Below are positions 58,284-64,000 of a stretch of DNA of 64,000 nt, piece after piece. The position numbers and the translations under genes are program-made. Numbering within the stretch: position 1 is the first letter of the stretch; the number at the start of each line of letters is the position of its first letter. The notes below the pieces were generated by a model. It was not told where the DNA came from. It did no database searches and was given only the letters and a program-made list of their open reading frames with translations. The stretch comes from Thermoplasmata archaeon (lineage in GTDB: Archaea > Thermoplasmatota > Thermoplasmata > Sysuiplasmatales > Sysuiplasmataceae). The DNA is taken from NCBI GenBank assembly GCA_021817225.1, contig JAKAVR010000002.1, positions 17,240-81,239 of the forward strand, read 5' to 3'.

Positions 58284-59249
58284 TCATCTCGTCGGAGAGA
58301 GCACTGCTGCGCATGCTGCCACTGTTGCGTTAAGCAGCGCTTCAGGGTCACCCGTGGCCTCCAGCACAGCCGCACCGGTGTGACCGCCAGAGCTGGCCCC
58401 GAACTCCATTGAAATCCCTGAAAACACGGTAGCCATGTTCAGCCCGGCTGAAACGGCCCTCTGAGAGCACCTCCCCGCCACTCTCACCTGTCCTTTCCTG
58501 TCCGATGCGACAAGGGCCACATCGGCACCAGCCGCGACCATGGAAGAAGCGACGGACGATTCATAGGATGAAACTTCGCTCCAGCAGAGAAAAAATGTGC
58601 CTTCATTCCTGTGCCTCATGCGCTCAAGCCCCTTGAATATGGCAGTCTGCTCTGACAAATCCCTTGCCGGTTCGAGCCTTTCCAGTACTTCCTCGATACG
58701 CATGCCAGAAGCATCAAGCAGCCGGGAGACTCTCAAGAGCATCCCTGCGTCCCCCCTCCGGAGTCTTCCTGTATCGGACAGTATGCCCGCAAGAAGTGCA
58801 ATCGCCTGCTTTCCGTCAATGGTCTTGCCCCCGGCTTCAAGCATCTCGAATACAATGTCGCTGCAGGCGGGTGCCGCAGGATCGGTGTAGAAGACATCGG
58901 CATCCGCTTCGGATGAAACAAAATGATGGTCAAGCAGGAGAATCTCCGGCCTTCCAATATCCTCGAGGGAAAACTGCGATGTGTCCGGCGTGTCAACAAC
59001 GAGGAGCCTTTCGACCCCGGAAACACTGCTCACCAATCCCATGCCCAGTGTGTTGACCAGAGCCTTTGCCCTTCTGTCCAGCCCGCCAGGGGCCCAGATT
59101 CCGCTTGCACGGTATGCGGAAGAGACTGCATATGCAGATCCTACGGCATCCGGATCGGCGTGCTCATGGAGCGCTATGTAAAAGGGCGCAAGTTCAAGTT
59201 CGGCGGAAAATCCCTTCAGTGTGGTTTTTTCTCGCCTGAACGGTCTCAA
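58284..59249 (-). CDS. DHH-family phosphoesterase (NrnA-like)
   Basis: DHH motifs HEHADPDAVGSA and LLLDHH, with a DHHA1-like C-terminus. Confidence 0.6.
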   Translation of the reverse strand: MRPFRREKTTLKGFSAELELAPFYIALHEHADPDAVGSAYAVSSAYRASGIWAPGGLDRRAKALVNTLGMGLVSSVSGVERLLVVDTPDTSQFSLEDIGRPEILLLDHHFVSSEADADVFYTDPAAPACSDIVFEMLEAGGKTIDGKQAIALLAGILSDTGRLRRGDAGMLLRVSRLLDASGMRIEEVLERLEPARDLSEQTAIFKGLERMRHRNEGTFFLCWSEVSSYESSVASSMVAAGADVALVASDRKGQVRVAGRCSQRAVSAGLNMATVFSGISMEFGASSGGHTGAAVLEATGDPEALLNATVAACAAVLSPTR

Positions 59250-59608
59250 GCCGCTTCATCCTTCTTGGGGCCAAGGACCTTGGACAGCTCCTCCTGAAGT
59301 GACTGGTACCTGTCGCGAAGATGTTTTTCCTGCTTTTCTATCGATTTGACCCTGATGTCAAGCGTTTCCTTCTGTTCATTCAGGTCCTTGAGTACCGACT
59401 CCCTGTCCTTAGCCCTGATCATCAGAGAGCCGACGTTCTTGTAGATCGCAGCTTCCGCCTGCAAACCATTGAGCTCCTCTATCGCTTTTGCGACTTCCCT
59501 CGACTGTGCCTCTAGCTGGTACCTCTGTGATGACAGGACCTGTATCTGCTGCTGAAGCTGCTGATACTGGGTAATCTGATTCTGCAACTTTGGACTGATA
59601 TCGTTCAT
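59246..59608 (-). CDS. pfdB: prefoldin beta subunit
   Basis: 120 aa coiled coil starting QNQITQYQQLQQQIQ; the conserved terminal member of the exosome superoperon. Confidence 0.75.
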   Translation of the reverse strand: MNDISPKLQNQITQYQQLQQQIQVLSSQRYQLEAQSREVAKAIEELNGLQAEAAIYKNVGSLMIRAKDRESVLKDLNEQKETLDIRVKSIEKQEKHLRDRYQSLQEELSKVLGPKKDEAA

Positions 59609-59616
59609 GATCGCAC

Positions 59617-59883
59617 CTACTGGTCATGCTTTTTAAAGTGGCCGGATGCCTTATTCCTTACGCTGAGTGCAAGATGTGTCCATCTTATATAAGAGTTGAG
59701 AGCGGCCCTCAAAGCGCTGAGGTCCTCCGCCTCTATGATGAGCGCCCCTGTCGTTTCATCGCTCCGCCAGGTGACATGGCACTTTGGCACCTCCCTTTCC
59801 ACTTCCGGTCCGAGCACATCCCGAAGGTACTCGGCCTCGGCTCTTGGAAAGCAAAGTTCTGCTGTGTGCCTGTAAGCGCTCAT
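59617..59883 (-). CDS. pcc1: KEOPS subunit Pcc1
   Basis: From the internal M, MSAYRHTAELCFPRAEAEYLRDVL...ALIIEAEDLSALRAALNSYIRWTHLAL fits the Pcc1 fold pattern. The upstream 78 codons of the drawn ORF overlap rpoP and rpl37ae out of frame. Confidence 0.6.
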   Translation of the reverse strand: MSAYRHTAELCFPRAEAEYLRDVLGPEVEREVPKCHVTWRSDETTGALIIEAEDLSALRAALNSYIRWTHLALSVRNKASGHFKKHDQ

Positions 59884-60014
59884 TTTGAAATCAGTTGCTT
59901 CTTTACATTCGGCCTTTCCTTGACGAATATCTTTGAACCGCACTTGTCGCACTGCATACCAACGGTGTTTACTCCAGATCTGGCTGGTTCTCCGCACCTG
60001 ATGCACTTGTACAT
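59880..60014 (-). CDS. rpoP: DNA-directed RNA polymerase subunit P (RpoP/Rpc10), not in the ORF track
   Basis: Hand translation gives MYKCIRCGEPARSGVNTVGMQCDKCGSKIFVKERPNVKKQLISK (44 aa), a CxxC...CxxC ribbon. Its ATG abuts the rpl37ae stop (tgaATG) and its stop overlaps the pcc1 ATG (ATGA). Confidence 0.6.
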   Translation of the reverse strand: MYKCIRCGEPARSGVNTVGMQCDKCGSKIFVKERPNVKKQLISK

Positions 60015-60278
60015 TCAGGCTCCCTCCTTTTCCCCGGTCACAGGTTTCGCTATCTTTCTTGGAGTTCCGACATACGCCCTTGCCGCATACTTGTAACCGC
60101 AGTGCCTGCAGGTCCAAATGGCTGACGCTTCCCTTTCAACGGCCGTGGCGCCACACCTGGGGCAGGGAATGGCCCTGGCCATCTCCTTTTCCACTTCGAG
60201 TATCCTTGACCTGATCCTGACCCCGTATCTTGGCCCGAACCTTGCCACTGGGCCAATCTTTTTAGCAGAATTTGACAT
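60015..60278 (-). CDS. rpl37ae: 50S ribosomal protein L37ae (eL43)
   Basis: GPRYGVRIRSR...CPRCGATAVEREASAIWTCRHCGYKYAARAY is the eL43 zinc ribbon. Confidence 0.8.
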   Translation of the reverse strand: MSNSAKKIGPVARFGPRYGVRIRSRILEVEKEMARAIPCPRCGATAVEREASAIWTCRHCGYKYAARAYVGTPRKIAKPVTGEKEGA

Positions 60279-60288
60279 TCAACTCACC

Positions 60289-61062
60289 TCAGATTTTTCC
60301 TCTAATGGCTCTGCCTGCCTCTACAGACATTTCAATCGACTTCTTTACCTCTTCGAATGTGAAGAAGCCAGATCCTCCCTTCTGCATTGCCCTGAGGTCG
60401 CCGTTTTCATCCGTTGCAACGGTGAGCCTCGCAGAAGATACTTCCTCCTCCTCGAGTGTAGGGTCAACCACCAGGTAGTCGCCTATCTTCACGGTTGTGC
60501 ATGAGATGGGGGTAGACCTCAGTGGCAAATGGAAATCCTCTCCCTTGCCGAAACGCTTGGCTGGAACCATCGTGTTCCTGAGTGCGGCTACTGCGGCTAT
60601 TGAAGAGGCGTCAAACAGGTTGCCATCATAGTCCAGCGCGTACACATCGACGTATAGCACCCAGACTTCTTTCTCGGGAGTGATGCATAGCGCTTCAAGA
60701 TCTATCATCTGGCTTTCCCTGATCCCGCGATCGACGACTCTTGAGAGTTCTATTGCCATGGGAGAAGGCGGCCCGCTCTCGAACTCTTCAAACGCCATGG
60801 GTATCAGTTCAACGTTTGTTGTCAGCACTCCCTTGTTAGGCGTGTCGGCGAAAGGTTCGCCCACGGCCATCTTTATTCCGACGACAACTTCAGTGTTGCC
60901 CAGCTTCATCCTGGCCGAGCCTTCGGCTGTTTCGATTGCACCTTCAATTATTGAAACGGGTCTCAGTTCACCAAAACTCCTGCCGTCGCTTCTCTTTCCC
61001 TTGGCAAGGAGCGTCGTGATATGCCCCTTCTTGACTTCGGACAGTGGACTCCTCTGACTCAT
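60289..61062 (-). CDS. rrp42: exosome complex subunit Rrp42
   Basis: RNase PH-like inactive subunit. The start is probably the M at 61062, directly after the rrp41 stop (the ORF is drawn to 61167). Confidence 0.8.
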   Translation of the reverse strand: MSQRSPLSEVKKGHITTLLAKGKRSDGRSFGELRPVSIIEGAIETAEGSARMKLGNTEVVVGIKMAVGEPFADTPNKGVLTTNVELIPMAFEEFESGPPSPMAIELSRVVDRGIRESQMIDLEALCITPEKEVWVLYVDVYALDYDGNLFDASSIAAVAALRNTMVPAKRFGKGEDFHLPLRSTPISCTTVKIGDYLVVDPTLEEEEVSSARLTVATDENGDLRAMQKGGSGFFTFEEVKKSIEMSVEAGRAIRGKI

Positions 61063-61835
61063 GCCACATTCCCCCTTGCTTCCTCTTCCTTCCCGCCATT
61101 TTCGCCGGCTGCTATGGAATATTTCCTCCGCAGCGCATCCTGCTGAACGGCGTAAATCTGCGAACAACCCCCCTTGGCGAGCTCTATGGCCCTGTTGAAT
61201 TCGGCCTGAGTAAGGTGGCCGTCCATCTGAAGAAGGAGCACTTCACCCGTCCTCGGGATGTATGCGAGCGGAAGATCCGCATCGCCGAAGTTATCCTCTT
61301 CCTTGTTCAGGTCGAGGACAATAGTATCTGCAACCTTTCCCGCAGCGCAAGCGGGGATCAGGTCCCTCATGGGTATGCCCGCATCGGCTACCGCGACAGA
61401 GGCGGCAGTCAGTCCAGCACACCTCGTGCCCGCATTGGCCTGCAGGACAGCTATGTAGACATCAATGGAAGTCCTTGGGAACTGTTCCAGGAAGATGCTG
61501 TATTCAAGCGCTTCACCCACTATCTTTGAGATTTCCACGGACCTTCTGTCCGGTCCCGGGCGCTTTCGGTCATCCACGGAAAAGGAAAGCATGTTGTAGT
61601 GACACTGGACAATGGCTCGTGTCGGGTCCTGCAGGTGTCTTGGATGACACTCCCTCGGACCGTAAACGGCCGCCAGTATCTTGTTCTTCCCCATTTCCAC
61701 GTAGGCTGAGCCGTCTGCTCTCCTTAGCACACCAGCCTCGATCCTTATCGGGCGCAGCTCGTCCGCATTCCTGCCATCCAGTCTCTTACCGTTCTCGTCT
61801 ATCAGTTTCATGCCCTCAGGCAAATCCATGCTCAT
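61059..61835 (-). CDS. rrp41: exosome complex exonuclease Rrp41
   Basis: RNase PH family; [29 protein letters not shown] is the phosphate-binding region. Confidence 0.85.
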   Translation of the reverse strand: MSMDLPEGMKLIDENGKRLDGRNADELRPIRIEAGVLRRADGSAYVEMGKNKILAAVYGPRECHPRHLQDPTRAIVQCHYNMLSFSVDDRKRPGPDRRSVEISKIVGEALEYSIFLEQFPRTSIDVYIAVLQANAGTRCAGLTAASVAVADAGIPMRDLIPACAAGKVADTIVLDLNKEEDNFGDADLPLAYIPRTGEVLLLQMDGHLTQAEFNRAIELAKGGCSQIYAVQQDALRRKYSIAAGENGGKEEEARGNVA

Positions 61836-61849
61836 TCAATCACCGTAAC

Positions 61850-62548
61850 TTAACCGTGTTTTGATGGAAAGGAACTCTCCAGAAAGTCCCTGATCCTGTC
61901 TGTCAGTCCGTGAGTGTGCGACTCCTCATCTATTATCCTTATCGCCTTGGCTACCTTCAGCACGTTCTCGACTTCCCCGTCAATCCATATTCTGCCGTTC
62001 TTACCTATCAGCACCTTGCAACGGGAGTACTCCTTTATCATCTCGATCATGGAGCCGCTCTTTCCAATGACCCTTGGCACCTTGGCGTACGGGATGTCGA
62101 CTACATGGCCGCCCTTCAGCTTCCTGAGGCTCTGGTCCCTCATTGTCAGCTGCACGTGCTTTGAATCATCCACGGAGAGTATCCTCGCAGTGACATTGTC
62201 ACCCAGCTCAAGGTATTTCGCAGTTGCCCCAAATTCCACCTTCCAGGGTGATTCTGACGCATGAAGAACTCCAGGATAGGGAGAATTGATATCGAACAGC
62301 CAGTTGGATGAAGTCATATCGTTGACAGTGCCGATGACTTCATCGCCTGAAAAAGGAACGTACTTGCCGGAAAGTGGCAGTATATCCACATAATTTCCCT
62401 TTGACACTCGCAGGCCGAGAGTCGAAGAATAGATGCTTCCGGCCTTCTTGTAGGTTCCGAAACCGGGCCTCTTCCCGTCCGTTTCGAGCGGCTGGCCTGG
62501 TATTATGATTTCCCTCGGCGTATCAGCATTCGGGATAGACGTTTGTAT
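61850..62548 (-). CDS. rrp4: exosome RNA-binding subunit Rrp4 (N-terminal domain encoded upstream of the drawn GTG start; no canonical start codon)
   Basis: S1 and KH domains lie in the drawn ORF (61850..62407). The in-frame upstream 47 codons (IQTSIPNADTPREIIIPGQPLETDGKRPGFGTYKKAGSIYSSTLGLR) resemble the Rrp4 N-terminal domain from memory. An in-frame TGA sits at 62549..62551, and there is no ATG, GTG or TTG before 62407. Confidence 0.65.
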   Translation of the reverse strand: MQTSIPNADTPREIIIPGQPLETDGKRPGFGTYKKAGSIYSSTLGLRVSKGNYVDILPLSGKYVPFSGDEVIGTVNDMTSSNWLFDINSPYPGVLHASESPWKVEFGATAKYLELGDNVTARILSVDDSKHVQLTMRDQSLRKLKGGHVVDIPYAKVPRVIGKSGSMIEMIKEYSRCKVLIGKNGRIWIDGEVENVLKVAKAIRIIDEESHTHGLTDRIRDFLESSFPSKHG

Positions 62549-62602
62549 TCACACTCCATTTTTTAGTTTTCGCGGACCAAAACGTTGTTCAAATTACGCA
62601 CT

Positions 62603-63298
62603 CTATTTTAATATTTTGGTTTCCGCCCTTCCCCTGGTCTTGTGACCCAGCCTCTCAAAGAAGTCCGTCTGCATCCCTGCCGGCAGCTCGACGACCCCCA
62701 CCCAGCTGCCGTCATTGAGCCATTCCTCCTTGGTTATATGGCCAAAGGCGAGAATGTCTTCATAGCAGCGTCCATAGTCTTCCCCAACGAGCTTGACAGC
62801 AATTCGCGCACTGTCAAAACGTATTGGTATCAGTGGGCGGAGAGCATCAAGAACGTCCTGTACCTGTGATTCGGCCGACTTCATTGGATCTATCCTGACC
62901 CTTGCCTCCTCCATTGCCGCCTCTATCCTGGACAGGGGGTGTGGGGTCCTGGTCTGTGGATTAATAGCATTCCGTGCAATAATGGCAGCAACCTGCTTCC
63001 TTTTTGTTTCTGCCATCACATGTCTCTGTTCGGTCGTAAGCTGGACCGTACCCCTCTTGACTATTTCGCGTGCAACAGTTGAAACATCAGCGGTTCCGAA
63101 AAACTCCTTCAGTTTCTCGTCAGACTGTTTCGTTCCCTTCCTGGCATCCTTGAATATTTCCTCAACGGCCATATGACTGGCCACGTCGACCTCCTTTCCC
63201 TCTTTCAGGTACTTGACTATCTTGGGGTCGATCAGTATTTCGAAGCTTTCCCCCTTTATCTCAAGCCGCCCAACTATTGCCTCTTCGATATCGACCAT
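62603..63298 (-). CDS. sdo1: ribosome maturation protein SDO1/SBDS
   Basis: 231 aa: FYSH domain at the N-terminus, then central and C-terminal domains. It occupies the conserved superoperon position. Confidence 0.8.
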   Translation of the reverse strand: MVDIEEAIVGRLEIKGESFEILIDPKIVKYLKEGKEVDVASHMAVEEIFKDARKGTKQSDEKLKEFFGTADVSTVAREIVKRGTVQLTTEQRHVMAETKRKQVAAIIARNAINPQTRTPHPLSRIEAAMEEARVRIDPMKSAESQVQDVLDALRPLIPIRFDSARIAVKLVGEDYGRCYEDILAFGHITKEEWLNDGSWVGVVELPAGMQTDFFERLGHKTRGRAETKILK

Positions 63299-63330
63299 GT
63301 GCGATGCACCGGTTAGCTGCCCGCGGCAGC

Positions 63331-64000
63331 TCAGGATGCCGAAACCATTTTTACGTACTTTTCAACTTCGCTCTGTTCAAGCTTCCTGAAATTGTGGTCG
63401 ACCCTGACAAGTCCCACTTCGACTGCTTTCGGGTTCAGATCCTCCTCGGTCGCCTTCTTGAGGCCCTTAAGAGCAAGAACAACAGCATCGTCGACATCAA
63501 GATCTTCCTTGTAATTCTCCTCGAAGAAATCCATGACTACATTTCTGCCAGCTCCGATGGAGGTCGCCTTGTACGATGCAAGACCACCGCTCGGGTCTGT
63601 CTCAAAAAGATGGGAGCCGCGGTCATCGACGCCCGCCACCAGGAGGGAGGTCCCAAAAGGCCTTACACCGCCATACTGTGTATACTGCTGCTTGTAGTCG
63701 CAAATGCGTTTGACAAGCGCCTCGACACCAATCTTGTCACCATAGGTAATCTTGTTCACCTGTGACATAACGCGCGCATTATCGACAAGAACCCTGGCAT
63801 CGGCAACAAGGCCAGATGTTGCGCAGCCGATGTGTTCATCGATCAGATAGATCTTCTCCATCGAAGTTGGCTCCATGAGCCTGCTCGCGATCCTCTTGTC
63901 GACAACCAGTGCAACGCCATCCTTGAACTTGATCCCAACTGTGGTGGTTCCCCTTCTGACAGCTTCTCTTGCGTATTCTACCTGAAACAGTCTCCCGTCT
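63331..64000 (-). CDS. psmA: proteasome subunit alpha, partial (N-terminus lies beyond the window end)
   Basis: The frame stays open to the window edge: ...[51 protein letters not shown]..., the proteasome alpha signature. Confidence 0.85.
   Translation of the reverse strand, partial: [222 protein letters not shown]

Noticed and set aside
59884-60117. N-terminal 78 codons of the drawn 166-aa ORF (59617..60117)
   Set aside because: This frame runs across rpoP and the 3' end of rpl37ae, both of which translate to recognisable proteins in their own frames. Pcc1 starts at the internal M (59883).

Overview
This 64 kb window reads as a dense archaeal chromosomal segment, probably from a Thermoplasmata-like euryarchaeon. 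That lineage call is an inference from an unlinked 16S rRNA gene, a bacterial-type grpE-dnaK-dnaJ operon, a thermosome, PAN and the canonical archaeal exosome superoperon. All protein assignments come from reading motifs by eye in the supplied translations; no database search was run.

Main contents, in order:
- the 3' part of the ribosomal-protein cluster (L3-L4-L23-L2-S19-L22, minus strand)
- thioredoxin, L40e, RFC small subunit, a PP-loop tRNA thiolase, glyA and a KaiC-like ATPase
- a stand-alone 16S rRNA gene (minus strand) flanked by a 17-bp inverted repeat that forms a processing stem
- a HerA-like ATPase coupled to a DUF357 protein
- coaBC, tmk, gcvPA/PB, Gins51, a small Toprim protein
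- tRNA-Lys(CUU) with a 20-nt non-canonical intron in the T-loop, showing a clean BHB motif
- a GPN-loop GTPase, ilvD, TauE plus DUF1634, purA
- a three-gene module: a degenerate RadB/RecA-like protein, a small helical protein, and a 713-aa exonuclease-dead PolB2-like family-B DNA polymerase
- the dnaK operon, thermosome, aMBF1, PAN, topoisomerase IA
- a tightly coupled 7-gene minus-strand operon encoding a VirB2/TrbC-like pilin, a tiny TM peptide, a VirB6/CedA-like polytopic membrane protein, a VirB4/CedB-like ATPase, two unknowns and a bPH_2 (YdbS/YdbT-like) membrane protein. This is a candidate Ced/Ted-like or conjugation-like DNA-transfer apparatus and the most interesting thing in the window.
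- cysS, eno, tyrS, pntAA-AB-B
- the exosome superoperon psmA-sdo1-rrp4-rrp41-rrp42-rpl37ae-rpoP-pcc1-pfdB, in which rrp4 lacks a canonical start codon

I saw no CRISPR array, no IS element and no integrase.
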